Positions 19,543-27,950 of a DNA stretch of 32,000 bases are shown here, one piece after another; positions within the stretch are counted from its first letter, which is position 1, and the number at the start of each line of letters is the position of its first letter. Below the pieces are notes generated by a model. That model saw only the letters and a program-made list of their open reading frames with translations. It did not search any database and was not told the origin of the DNA. The stretch is from Cereibacter sphaeroides 2.4.1. Its GTDB lineage: Bacteria > Pseudomonadota > Alphaproteobacteria > Rhodobacterales > Rhodobacteraceae. A program made the translations under genes and the position numbers. The stretch is from NCBI RefSeq assembly GCF_000012905.2, contig NC_007493.2, positions 810,001 through 842,000 on the forward strand, given 5' to 3'.

Positions 19543-19786
19543 GGCGCACTCCTGCAACTGCTGGCCCGAGGGTAGCCCCGCCGCGGCCCGCAGGACAGGT
19601 GCGGCCCCGCACAGAGACTGAGCGGAAGCGCGCGTCCCGCCCGGTGCGCGGGCAGGGCCCGGACGCTTCACCCCCGGATCGGCGGAATTCGCCAGCGGAA
19701 AGAATTCGTGAATTGCCGGGCTTCCCCGGCGGCACCACCTTGGGGGCAGGGCGCGGTCACGAGTCGCAGCCTCTCAAAAAAAGACA

Positions 19787-20347
19787 ATGAGCAGGACACG
19801 TTCGATGCAGAAGCTGAACCTCCGAAGGCGGGGGATCCTATCGGCCGCGGCGGCGGCCTTCGCCGGCTTGGCTCTGGCGGGCGGGGCGCGCGAGGGCCTG
19901 GCGGAAGAGTCGACCGACTGGCAGGATCATTTCGAAACGCTCGAGCATGGGGCGGTGCTGGCCGACCTGCGCCAGCGTGTGGTGCTGTTCTGGTCGGAGG
20001 ACGGCACGGTGCACCGCCGCTATCCGGCGGCCATGCCCGACACGCGCGCCTTCCCGCGTCTGGGCGGCACCCGGATCATCCGCAAGGTCGAGGGGCCGAC
20101 CTGGCGTCCGACCCCCGCGATGCGCGCCCGCGACCCGGAGTTGCCCTGGAGCCTGCCGCCCGGGCCGGGCAACCCGTTCGGCACCCATGCGCTCCATCTC
20201 GAATGGCAGCATTACCGCATCCACGGCACGCATGACCCCTCGACGATCGGCGGCGTGACGGCCCATGGCTGCATCGGCCTCTCGAATGCCCATATCGCGG
20301 AGCTCTTTGCCCATACCACAGTCGGCACGCAGGTGCGGCTGGTCTGA
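19787..20347 (+). CDS. L,D-transpeptidase (YkuD domain) with a twin-arginine signal peptide
   Basis: Track ORF of 186 aa. The Tat-like N-terminus is RRRGILSAAAAAFAGLALAGGA. The catalytic region is IHGTHDPSTIGGVTAHGCIGLSNAHIAELF. Confidence 0.85.
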   Translation: MSRTRSMQKLNLRRRGILSAAAAAFAGLALAGGAREGLAEESTDWQDHFETLEHGAVLADLRQRVVLFWSEDGTVHRRYPAAMPDTRAFPRLGGTRIIRKVEGPTWRPTPAMRARDPELPWSLPPGPGNPFGTHALHLEWQHYRIHGTHDPSTIGGVTAHGCIGLSNAHIAELFAHTTVGTQVRLV

Positions 20348-20348
20348 C

Positions 20349-20368
20349 GGCGGGGCAGAGAGCCCGCC
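20349..20368. terminator. Short GC hairpin in the 34-bp convergent gap, a possible bidirectional terminator
   Basis: GGCGGG (20349-20354) pairs with CCCGCC (20363-20368) around an 8-nt loop. It starts 1 nt after the L,D-transpeptidase stop. The following T-tract is weak (TTCGT). Confidence 0.35.
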
Positions 20369-20381
20369 TTCGTGGCCTTCC

Positions 20382-21263
20382 TCAGGCCGCCGGCGCCACG
20401 CGCCAGCGGCGGTGGATCCAGAACCACTGGTCGAGATGCTCGCGCACCACGGCCTCGAGCGAGTCGTTCAGCGCCTGTGTCATCTCGGCCGGGGTGCCGC
20501 GCGGGATCGGCGCATCCACGCGGATCTCGAAGTCGAGCCCGTTCTCGGCGCGGATGGCATAGACCGGAACCAGCGGCGCGTCATATTTCAGCGCGAGATC
20601 GGCGGCCGAAAGCGCGGTCTTGGCCGGATGGCCGAAGAAGCGCAGCACCGCGCCGTCGCGCATGTGGACGTCGATCAGCAGGCCCAGCATCCCGCCGCCC
20701 TTGAGGTGGCGCAGCATCCCCGCGAGCCCCGCCTTGCCGCGGGCGAAGACCGGGCCGCCGATCGCCGCCATGGCGCGGACGTAATGCTCGTTGAAATAGC
20801 GGTTGTTCATCGGCCGGTAGAGGCCGCCGATCTCGAAGCCGCGGGCGCGGAGCGCGGCGCGGCTCGCATCGTAATTGCCGAAATGGCCGGTCACGATCAC
20901 GACCGGTCGCCCGGCTTCATGGGCGGCCTCGAGCGTGGCGAGCCCCGGCCCTGTGACGGGCGCGCGTGCGGCCCGCTCGACGAAGGCCTGCCCCGAATAG
21001 GATTCGATCACCGCCCGGCCCACATTGTCCGGGACCCTGCGCATGAGGCGCCGCACCTCGGCCTCCGGCAGGTTGGGCAGCACCCGTGCGAGGTTGGCGC
21101 GCACCCGCCGGTCCCAGCCCGCGAAGGGCGCGATGAGGCGCGACATGACCCAGCCGCAGAGCGGTACCCGCCACGCGTAGGGCAGCAGAAGTAGCGCCCC
21201 GATCAGGGCGCGCAGAAGGCGGTCTTGCGCCCATGCGGCAGGTCCGGTTCGTCTGGAAGCCAT
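20382..21263 (-). CDS. Lipid A biosynthesis (LpxL/HtrB-type) lauroyl/myristoyl acyltransferase family protein
   Basis: Track ORF of 293 aa. It has an N-terminal TM segment, the HX4D acyltransferase motif (VTGHFGNYD), and a C-terminal EHLDQWFWIHRRW as in LpxL-family proteins. Confidence 0.8.
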   Translation of the reverse strand: MASRRTGPAAWAQDRLLRALIGALLLLPYAWRVPLCGWVMSRLIAPFAGWDRRVRANLARVLPNLPEAEVRRLMRRVPDNVGRAVIESYSGQAFVERAARAPVTGPGLATLEAAHEAGRPVVIVTGHFGNYDASRAALRARGFEIGGLYRPMNNRYFNEHYVRAMAAIGGPVFARGKAGLAGMLRHLKGGGMLGLLIDVHMRDGAVLRFFGHPAKTALSAADLALKYDAPLVPVYAIRAENGLDFEIRVDAPIPRGTPAEMTQALNDSLEAVVREHLDQWFWIHRRWRVAPAA

Positions 21264-21561
21264 GGTCTCCGCGGTCAGCGCCGCCTTCGTTGGGTGGTCC
21301 AGACATAGAGACCCGTCCTGCGAACCTCAAGCGGAGGGGGCGAGGGAACCGTGCCCGACGCTTCCACGGGCGGCTTCGCGCCGCAGGGATCCCGCAGGCC
21401 GGACCCGGGCGACGACGGTCGCAGATCCCAATGGCTGCGCCCGGAAGGTCGGACGGCTGAGCCTGTTGGCCGGTTCCGCGGGTGTCCACCGCCTGTCCTG
21501 CGAAAGGGTAGCTTCGGCATTGCGGGCTGCGATGATGACGGTCATGCGGTGGCACCGGAGG

Positions 21562-22635
21562 TCATCCGCCCTCTTCCTCCTCCACCACCAGAACGAGCTC
21601 ACCGGCCGCCTCGAGCTGGCGGATGCCGGCCACCACGGCGTTCATCGCCTCCTCCGCCTCTTTGTCCTTCACCCGTCCGCGCGCGGCGGCATCCTCGCGC
21701 AGCGACTGGGCGAGGCGCTGGGACATGTTGGAGAGCAGGAACTCCACCCCCTCGGACAGCTCCGGGCGGCTGGAGGCGGCGGCGATCACCGCCACCAGCC
21801 GCGCCTGCTCCACCACCCGGGTAACCTTCGGCACATCGCGCCCCAGCACCCGGCGCGGGACATGTTCGAAGGTGAAGATGGCCTTGCGCACCTGCTCGGC
21901 GAAGGCCGCGTCGGCCTCGTCGAGCCCCTTCAGAACCTCGTCGCGGGTAACCGCGGCCGAGACGTTGAGGATCGCCCCGACCCGCTCGACCGGCGTCGCC
22001 GTGAAGGCGCGCGGCGGCTCGGCCTCGAGCTGACCCAGAAGCGAGAGGCCGATCCGCCGCACCGTCTCGGGCTCGACCGAGCCGGTCATCGACACGGCAT
22101 AGGCCACGCGCCGCGCCTTCTCGCCCGGCAGCTTGCCCAGAACCTCGGCCGCCTTCGGCACCGGCAGCTTCGAGAGCATGACCGCGGCCACCTCCACGCT
22201 CTCCTCTTCCACCACCTTCAGGAGTTTCTCGGCCGGCAGGGTCACGATCCGCTCCCACGGATCGCCCTTCACCCCCGCCTGCCGGCGCAGACGGGTCGCC
22301 GCCGAGGGGCTGATGTGGCCGTCCATCACGGCCAGCGCGCCGTCGAGCCCGCCGGGGAAGGAGAGGCCTACGGACTCGAGCTCTTCGACGAATTCCTCGA
22401 TCACTGCGGTCATGGTGGAGCGGTCGACCGTCCGCATCCGGGCCATCTGCTCGGCGAGGCCTTCCTGCATGTCATCGGGCAGGGAAGTGAGGGGCAGGGG
22501 TGCGCCTTCGGCCAGAAGAAGCCGCACGATGATCGCCGCCTTCTCGCGGCGCGAGAGGGGACGGGGGCCGTCCTCCTCCCCATCTAAGGACACCGCCCCG
22601 CGAGCGGGGCGGAACCGTGCCAGAGCCTGTGCCAT
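21562..22635 (-). CDS. fliG: Flagellar motor switch protein FliG
   Basis: Track ORF of 357 aa. Motifs: REKAAIIVRLLL, VEVAAVMLSKLPVPKAAEVLGKLP, FTFEHV, and the C-terminal MSQRLAQSLREDAAARGRVKDKEAEEAMNAVVAGIRQLEAAGELVL. Confidence 0.88.
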   Translation of the reverse strand: MAQALARFRPARGAVSLDGEEDGPRPLSRREKAAIIVRLLLAEGAPLPLTSLPDDMQEGLAEQMARMRTVDRSTMTAVIEEFVEELESVGLSFPGGLDGALAVMDGHISPSAATRLRRQAGVKGDPWERIVTLPAEKLLKVVEEESVEVAAVMLSKLPVPKAAEVLGKLPGEKARRVAYAVSMTGSVEPETVRRIGLSLLGQLEAEPPRAFTATPVERVGAILNVSAAVTRDEVLKGLDEADAAFAEQVRKAIFTFEHVPRRVLGRDVPKVTRVVEQARLVAVIAAASSRPELSEGVEFLLSNMSQRLAQSLREDAAARGRVKDKEAEEAMNAVVAGIRQLEAAGELVLVVEEEEGG

Positions 22636-22694
22636 GCTGTCCCGAATCGCTGATCCTCGGGGTCCAGCTTGGCGGCCCGGCGGTTAAGGCCGCC

Positions 22695-22850
22695 TTATCC
22701 GGTGACGGTCGTGCAGGCCTTGGTGGCGCTGTCGTAGACCTGCCCGTCGCCACAGGCCGAGGCGGTGGTCTGGTGCTTCATCGGGCAGTCCGCCATCGCC
22801 AGCGCGGGGGCGGCGATCAGGGCGAGGGTCGCGAGGGTCAGCTTCGTCAT
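22695..22850 (-). CDS. Small secreted protein, 51 aa, with a signal peptide and a 33-aa mature part containing 3 Cys. It is below the ORF-track size cutoff.
   Basis: My translation is MTKLTLATLALIAAPALAMADCPMKHQTTASACGDGQVYDSATKACTTVTG followed by a stop. GGAGG lies 5 nt upstream. 49 of the 51 codons end in G or C, matching real genes here. The stop is TAA at 22697-22695. Confidence 0.7.
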   Translation of the reverse strand: MTKLTLATLALIAAPALAMADCPMKHQTTASACGDGQVYDSATKACTTVTG

Positions 22851-22919
22851 TCATTCCTCCTGTCAGGGGTGGGATGGCAAAGGCCGGCGTCAATCGCACC
22901 CACGGAGGCTAACATGATT

Positions 22920-22945
22920 CGCCCCGCGGCGGAGACCGCGGGGCG
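22920..22945 (-). terminator. GC-rich stem-loop 31 nt downstream of purB, a candidate intrinsic terminator
   Basis: CGCCCCGCGG (22920-22929) pairs perfectly with CCGCGGGGCG (22936-22945) around a 6-nt loop. On the transcript it is followed by AAUCAUGUU, which is only moderately U-rich. Confidence 0.5.
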
Positions 22946-22976
22946 TCACGCACGCGTGAAGGACGAGCTTTCCCGC

Positions 22977-24281
22977 TCAGGCGCCGAAGACGCGGGCGAA
23001 GATCGTGTCCACATGCTTGAGGTGATAGCCGAGATCGAACTTCTCCTCGATCTCGGCCGGGCTCAGCGCGGCCGTCACCTCGGGATCGGCCAAGAGCTCC
23101 TCCTTGAAGTCGCGGCCCTGTTCCCAGACCTTCATCGCGTTGCGCTGAACGAGCCGGTAGGCATCCTCGCGGCTGACGCCCGCCTGCGTCAGGGCCAGCA
23201 GCACGCGCTGGCTCATGACGAGGCCGCGGAACTTGTTCATGTTCTTCAGCATGTTTTCGGGATAGACCACGAGCTTTTCGATCACGCCCGCGAGGCGGTG
23301 CAGCGCGAAATCGAGCGTGATGGTGGCGTCGGGGCCGATCGCGCGCTCGACCGAGGAATGCGAGATGTCGCGCTCGTGCCAGAGCGCCACATTCTCCATC
23401 GCGGGCACAACGGCCATGCGCACCAGCCGGGCGAGGCCCGTCAGGTTCTCGGTCAGCACCGGGTTGCGCTTGTGCGGCATGGCCGACGAGCCCTTCTGGC
23501 CGGGCGAGAAGAACTCTTCGGCCTCGAGCACCTCGGTGCGCTGCATGTGGCGGATCTCGATGGCGACATTCTCGATCGAGGAGGCGATGACGCCGAGCGT
23601 CGCGAAGAACATCGCATGCCGGTCGCGCGGGATCACCTGCGTCGAGACCGTCTCTGGCACGAGGCCGAGCTGGGCGCAGACATGCTCTTCCACCGCCGGG
23701 TCGATGTTGGCGAAGGTGCCGACCGCACCCGAGATGGCGCCGGTGGCGATCTCGGCGCGCGCATTGACGAGGCGCGTGCGGTTGCGCGCCATCTCGGCAT
23801 AGAAGCGGGCGAAGGTCAGGCCCATGGTGGTGGGCTCGGCATGGATGCCGTGGCTGCGGCCGATGCGGACGGTGTCCTTGTGCTCGAGCGCGCGGGCCTT
23901 CAGCGCGGCCAGCACCCGGTCGAGCCCCGCGAGCAGCAGGTCAGAGGCGCGCACGAGCTGGATGTTCAGCGTCGTGTCGAGCACGTCCGAGGAGGTCATG
24001 CCCTGATGGACGAAGCGCGCCTCGTCGGCGCCCACAATCTCGGCCAGATGGGTGAGGAAGGCGATCACGTCATGTTTCGTCACCGCTTCGATCTCGTCGA
24101 TGCGGGCCACGTCGAAGGTCGCCTCGGCGGCCTTCCAGACGGCTTCGGCATTCGCTTTCGGGATCACGCCGAGGGCGGCCTGCGCGTCGCAGGCATGGGC
24201 CTCGATCTCGAACCAGATGCGGAACTTCGTCTCGGGCGACCAGATGGCCACCATGTCGGGGCGGGAATAGCGCGGGATCAT
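22977..24281 (-). CDS. purB: Adenylosuccinate lyase
   Basis: In frame with track ORF 22977..24515. The start is ATG 24281 ([30 protein letters not shown]) after AAGGAGAG. The fumarate-lyase signature region is [11 protein letters not shown]. Confidence 0.95.
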   Translation of the reverse strand: MIPRYSRPDMVAIWSPETKFRIWFEIEAHACDAQAALGVIPKANAEAVWKAAEATFDVARIDEIEAVTKHDVIAFLTHLAEIVGADEARFVHQGMTSSDVLDTTLNIQLVRASDLLLAGLDRVLAALKARALEHKDTVRIGRSHGIHAEPTTMGLTFARFYAEMARNRTRLVNARAEIATGAISGAVGTFANIDPAVEEHVCAQLGLVPETVSTQVIPRDRHAMFFATLGVIASSIENVAIEIRHMQRTEVLEAEEFFSPGQKGSSAMPHKRNPVLTENLTGLARLVRMAVVPAMENVALWHERDISHSSVERAIGPDATITLDFALHRLAGVIEKLVVYPENMLKNMNKFRGLVMSQRVLLALTQAGVSREDAYRLVQRNAMKVWEQGRDFKEELLADPEVTAALSPAEIEEKFDLGYHLKHVDTIFARVFGA

Positions 24282-24388
24282 CGGGGCCTCTCCTTCTACC
24301 GGCGGGGTCGCCTTAGCGCCCGTGGCCGGTGCTGGCAAGGCTTCGGGGCGCGGATCGCTTGCCGCCGGGGCAGGCGGCCGCTCCCGGG

Positions 24389-24643
24389 TCAGAGCGGCTC
24401 GGCGTCGCGGTAGAGCTCCCATTCCTCGAGAGTTCGGCCATCGGGCAGGTGGCAGTAGCCGGTCTGGCCCGCCCCCTCGCTGCGGATCTCGAGCCGTCCG
24501 CCGCGCTGGGTGCAATAGACCGAGGCCGGATTGGCCATGCCCGACCGGTGGAGGTCGCCGGGCGCGGCCACCGGCGTGGGATCGGGACCGCCGCAGGCCG
24601 GCAGGGCGAGGATGAGGAGGAGCGGCGCGCGGGAGAGGAACAT
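24389..24643 (-). CDS. DUF333-domain lipoprotein (COG3042 'putative hemolysin' family), 84 aa
   Basis: In frame with track ORF 24389..24955. The start is ATG 24643. The lipobox is LILALPAC followed by GG. The DUF333-type core is MANPASVYCTQRGG...GYCHLPDGRTLEEWELYR. Confidence 0.75.
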   Translation of the reverse strand: MFLSRAPLLLILALPACGGPDPTPVAAPGDLHRSGMANPASVYCTQRGGRLEIRSEGAGQTGYCHLPDGRTLEEWELYRDAEPL

Positions 24644-24690
24644 GGGGAAGCCTTGGGCCAGAGCAGGGCAGGGAGAGCGGGCGGGGTCGT

Positions 24691-24767
24691 GTCCGATCTT
24701 CACAGCGCGGCCCGCCCGCCGCAAGGGGCTGTGCCCGGATGCGGGGGCGGGGCGGCGAAAATCGGAC
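24691..24767 (-). other. Long imperfect inverted repeat (77 nt) in the gap between the RND pump gene and the DUF333 gene
   Basis: GTCCGATCTTC (24691-24701) pairs with GAAAATCGGAC (24757-24767) over 11 positions, one of which is a mismatch on the DNA and a G-U wobble on the minus-strand transcript. The arms continue imperfectly (GC-rich) to a central GGGC-TGT-GCCC. Confidence 0.4.
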
Positions 24768-24800
24768 GGCGGCGGCGCGGGACCGGGCTCGGCCTGACGG

Positions 24801-27800
24801 TCATTCGGCCGGCCGGCCCTCGACCGGGGGCGGCATCCGCGTGGCGTCGTGCAGCTCGCGCAGGAGGCGGGTCTGCTCCTCGGCCTTCGGCCGCGAAAGG
24901 CCTGCGAGCAGGAGATAGGCCACCGGCGTGAGGTAGAGCGTGGCCACCGTGGCAAGGCCGAGGCCCCCCACGATGATCCAGCCCAGCACCTCGCGCGCCT
25001 CGGCGCCGGCGCCGGCCGCGAAGACCAAAGGAAGCCCTCCCAGCACGGTGGCGATCATGGTCATCATCACCGGGCGCAGGCGGATCGCGCAGGCATCCTC
25101 GATGGCCCGCCGCACCGGCAGGCCCTCGTCGCGCAGCTGGTTCGCGAACTCGACGATCAGGATGCCGTTCTTGGCCATGATCCCCACCAGCAGGACAAGC
25201 CCGATCTGGCTGTAGACGTTGAGGCTGCCGCCGGTGGCCACCAGCGCGAAGATCGCGCAGGCGAGCCCGAGCGGCACGGTCGCCATCACGATGAAGGCCG
25301 AGACGAAGCTCTCGAACTGCGCGGCCAGCACCAGAAGCACGATCACGATGGCGAAGCCGAAGGTGGCCGTCAGCCCGGAGGAGGTCTCGCCCAATGTCGC
25401 GGCCTCGGCCAGGGGCTCGATCCGGCTGTCGCCGGGCAGGATGTCGGCCGCCAGCCGCTCCACCTCTTCCAGAGCCTCGCCGAGCGCCAGCTCGGGCGTG
25501 AGGCTGGCCGAGATCGGCACCGCCCGCAGCTGCCCCTCGCGCGAAAGCTCGGGCGCCACGGCCCGTTCGGTGAGGGTCACGAAGCTCGAGATCGGCACCA
25601 TCTGCCCGTCGCCCGACTGCACGAAGATCCGTTCGAGGTCGCCGGGATCGTTCACCGGATCGGTGGTGGAGAGCATCTGGATGTCGTAGCTCGCATCGTC
25701 GAGGAAGACCGTGCCCACCGTGCGGCCATCGAGCACCGCCTGCAGCGCCTCGCCGAGCCCCGTGATCTCGATCCCGAGGTCGGAGGCGCGGGTGCGGTCG
25801 ACCTCGATGAAGAGTTGCGGCTGCGTCGTCTCGTAGCCGAGCCGCACCTGGCCGAAGGCCGGGTTCTCCTCCATCCGGTCGACGAGTTCCTGCGCGCCTT
25901 CGGCCAGCCGGGCGTAGCTGTCGCCCACCACCGCGAAGCTCAGCCCCTGGCCCGCGCCGCGGACGCCAAGCGAGTTCGGCTGGATGGCGAAGGCGCGGAT
26001 GCCCACGATGCGGCTCAACCCCTCGTTCAGCTCGGCTGCGATCTCCTGCTGGCTGCGGTCGCGGTCCTCCCACGGGGCGAGCGAGATCACCATGAAGCCG
26101 CGGTTGTCGCGGCTGCCCGAGCCCGCGATGGCGAAGACGCTGAAGACCTCGCCCTTCTCGCGCAGGGGGGCGATCAGATCCTCGATCTCGCGCATCTTGC
26201 CGTCGGTATATTCGAGCGCCACGCCCTGCGGCGCCTGCACCGACATCAGGATCACCGACCGGTCTTCGGAAGGGGTCAGCTCCTGCTTCAGCGTGCCGAA
26301 GAGGAAGACGGCGGTCAGCGCGAAGCCCGTGGCAATGGCCAGCGTGACGGCTGGCGCGTCGAGCGCCCAGTGCAGCGTCCGGCGGTAGAAGGCCGCGAGC
26401 GTCCGGCCGAGCCAGACCACCGGGCCGCGGGCGTGGCTCTCGTCGCCCGCGCGCAGGAAGCGGCTGGCGAGGACGGGGCAGAGGCTCAGCGCCGTCACCG
26501 ACGAGAGCAGGACCGAGATCGCCAGCGTGAAGCCGAACTCGCGGAAGAGGCCGCCGGTCTGGCCGGGCAGGAAGGAGAGCGGGATGAAGACGGCGGCCAG
26601 CGTCGTCGTCGTGGCGATGACGGCGAAGAAGACCTGCTGGGTCCCGAGCACGGCCGCGGCCCGCGGCCCGATCCCCTGCGCCCGCCAGCGCACGATGTTC
26701 TCCAGCACGACGATGGCATCGTCCACCACCATCCCGGTGGCCAGCACAAGGGCCAGGAGCGTGAGGATGTTGATCGAGAAGCCCGCGATCCAGATGGCGG
26801 CGAGCGTGCCCACCAGTGCCACGGGGATGGCCAGCGTGGGGATCAGGGTGGCGCGCATGTCGCGCAGGAAGAGGTAGATGATCGCCACCACGATCAGGAC
26901 CGACAGGCCGAGCGCGATCTCGACCTCGTGGATCGCGCCGTTGATGAAGGTCGCGTCGTCCGAGGTCACGAAGATGCGGACATCCTGCGGCAGGTCGGCC
27001 TGCAGCCCCGCCACGATCTCGCGCACCGCCTTCGAGATCTCGAGCGTGTTGCTCTGGGCCTGCCGGATGATCCCGAGGCCCACCCCGTTCTCGCCGTTCG
27101 CCCGCAGATAGGAGGCGCCGGGTTCGGGGCCGAGCTCGACCGTGGCCACATCGCCCAGCCGCACGTCGGGCGCGATCTCGAGCGCCTCGAAGGCTGCGGG
27201 GGTGGTGACGGTCGCGGTCGTGCGGACCACGAGGCTCTGGCGGTCCGAGGTGAGCGAGCCCGCCGGCGCATCGTAGGCCACATTGCCGAGGGCGGTGCGC
27301 AGATCGGCGAGCGTCAGCCCCCGCGAGGCCAGAAGCATCTGATCCACATCGACGCGGAAGATGGGCGTGCGGTCGCCGTAGATCTGGAGGTCCGCCACGC
27401 CCGGAGCGGCGAGAAGCCGGCTCTCGATCTGGTCCTCGACGATCTGGGTCAGCTCCTGCGCCGAGCGGCGGGCCGAGGTCACGGCCACCCGCATCACCGC
27501 CTCGGAATTGGCATCGGCCTTCACGATGCGCGGTTCGTCGGCGTCGTCGGGCAGATTGTTGCGGATGCGCGAGATCGAATCGCGCATGTCGCTGGCGGCC
27601 ACGTCGAGATTGGTGTCGTCGTTGAACTCAACCGTCACCTGACTGCGCCCGAAGCGCGAGCTGGAGGAGATGGACTTCACCCCCGCCACGCGCGAGGCCG
27701 CGCCCTCGATCTCGTCGGTCACTTCCTGATCGATCGTCTCGGAAGAGGCGCCGTCGAAGGTCGTGGTGACGGTGATGACGGGGCTGTCCACGTCGGGCAG

Positions 27801-27947
27801 CTCGCGCACGTCGGCGCCGTAGAGCGCGGCCAGCCCCGCGATCAGGATCAGCGCATTCAGCACGAAGGCGAGGATCGGACGGCGGATGAAGAGCGCCGTG
27901 TTGGAATGGGCAAGCTCGCGCTCGTCGGGTTCGGGAAGCGTGGACAT
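24801..27947 (-). CDS. RND efflux transporter permease subunit (AcrB/AcrD/AcrF family)
   Basis: Track ORF of 1048 aa. It has a 12-TM RND architecture with two large periplasmic loops. Motifs: FIRRPILAFVLNALILIAGL, VVDDAIVVLENI and GILIVEFANQLR. Confidence 0.95.
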   Translation of the reverse strand: MSTLPEPDERELAHSNTALFIRRPILAFVLNALILIAGLAALYGADVRELPDVDSPVITVTTTFDGASSETIDQEVTDEIEGAASRVAGVKSISSSSRFGRSQVTVEFNDDTNLDVAASDMRDSISRIRNNLPDDADEPRIVKADANSEAVMRVAVTSARRSAQELTQIVEDQIESRLLAAPGVADLQIYGDRTPIFRVDVDQMLLASRGLTLADLRTALGNVAYDAPAGSLTSDRQSLVVRTTATVTTPAAFEALEIAPDVRLGDVATVELGPEPGASYLRANGENGVGLGIIRQAQSNTLEISKAVREIVAGLQADLPQDVRIFVTSDDATFINGAIHEVEIALGLSVLIVVAIIYLFLRDMRATLIPTLAIPVALVGTLAAIWIAGFSINILTLLALVLATGMVVDDAIVVLENIVRWRAQGIGPRAAAVLGTQQVFFAVIATTTTLAAVFIPLSFLPGQTGGLFREFGFTLAISVLLSSVTALSLCPVLASRFLRAGDESHARGPVVWLGRTLAAFYRRTLHWALDAPAVTLAIATGFALTAVFLFGTLKQELTPSEDRSVILMSVQAPQGVALEYTDGKMREIEDLIAPLREKGEVFSVFAIAGSGSRDNRGFMVISLAPWEDRDRSQQEIAAELNEGLSRIVGIRAFAIQPNSLGVRGAGQGLSFAVVGDSYARLAEGAQELVDRMEENPAFGQVRLGYETTQPQLFIEVDRTRASDLGIEITGLGEALQAVLDGRTVGTVFLDDASYDIQMLSTTDPVNDPGDLERIFVQSGDGQMVPISSFVTLTERAVAPELSREGQLRAVPISASLTPELALGEALEEVERLAADILPGDSRIEPLAEAATLGETSSGLTATFGFAIVIVLLVLAAQFESFVSAFIVMATVPLGLACAIFALVATGGSLNVYSQIGLVLLVGIMAKNGILIVEFANQLRDEGLPVRRAIEDACAIRLRPVMMTMIATVLGGLPLVFAAGAGAEAREVLGWIIVGGLGLATVATLYLTPVAYLLLAGLSRPKAEEQTRLLRELHDATRMPPPVEGRPAE

Positions 27948-27950
27948 GGG

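Noticed and set aside
21315-21504. Exact 10-bp direct repeat GTCCTGCGAA (21315-21324 and 21495-21504), considered as target-site duplication of a small mobile element
   Set aside because: I found no terminal inverted repeats inside the repeats and no mobility gene. A single 10-mer match within a 300-bp GC-biased region is close to chance expectation.
22684-22899. Track ORF of 71 aa (MRLTPAFAIPPLTGGMNDEADPRDPRPDRRP...)
   Set aside because: Another frame of the same DNA gives a 51-aa protein with a Shine-Dalgarno sequence, a signal peptide and near-total G/C third-position bias. The 71-aa frame is P/R/D-rich and has no ribosome-binding site.
24282-24388. Possible purine/ZTP-type riboswitch in the purB 5' region (CCGCCTGCCCC resembles the CCGCCTGGGC pseudoknot segment)
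   Set aside because: Only that short segment is similar. The conserved 5' subdomain of the ZTP (pfl) motif is absent. The region is better explained as the 3' end of the upstream DUF333 gene with a weak GCCGCC/GGCGGC hairpin.
21262-24413. Plus-strand ORFs 21262..22587 (441 aa) and 22617..24413 (598 aa)
   Set aside because: They are antisense to fliG and purB respectively. The sense genes are recognisable along their full length, and the antisense translations are R/G/H-rich with no family resemblance.
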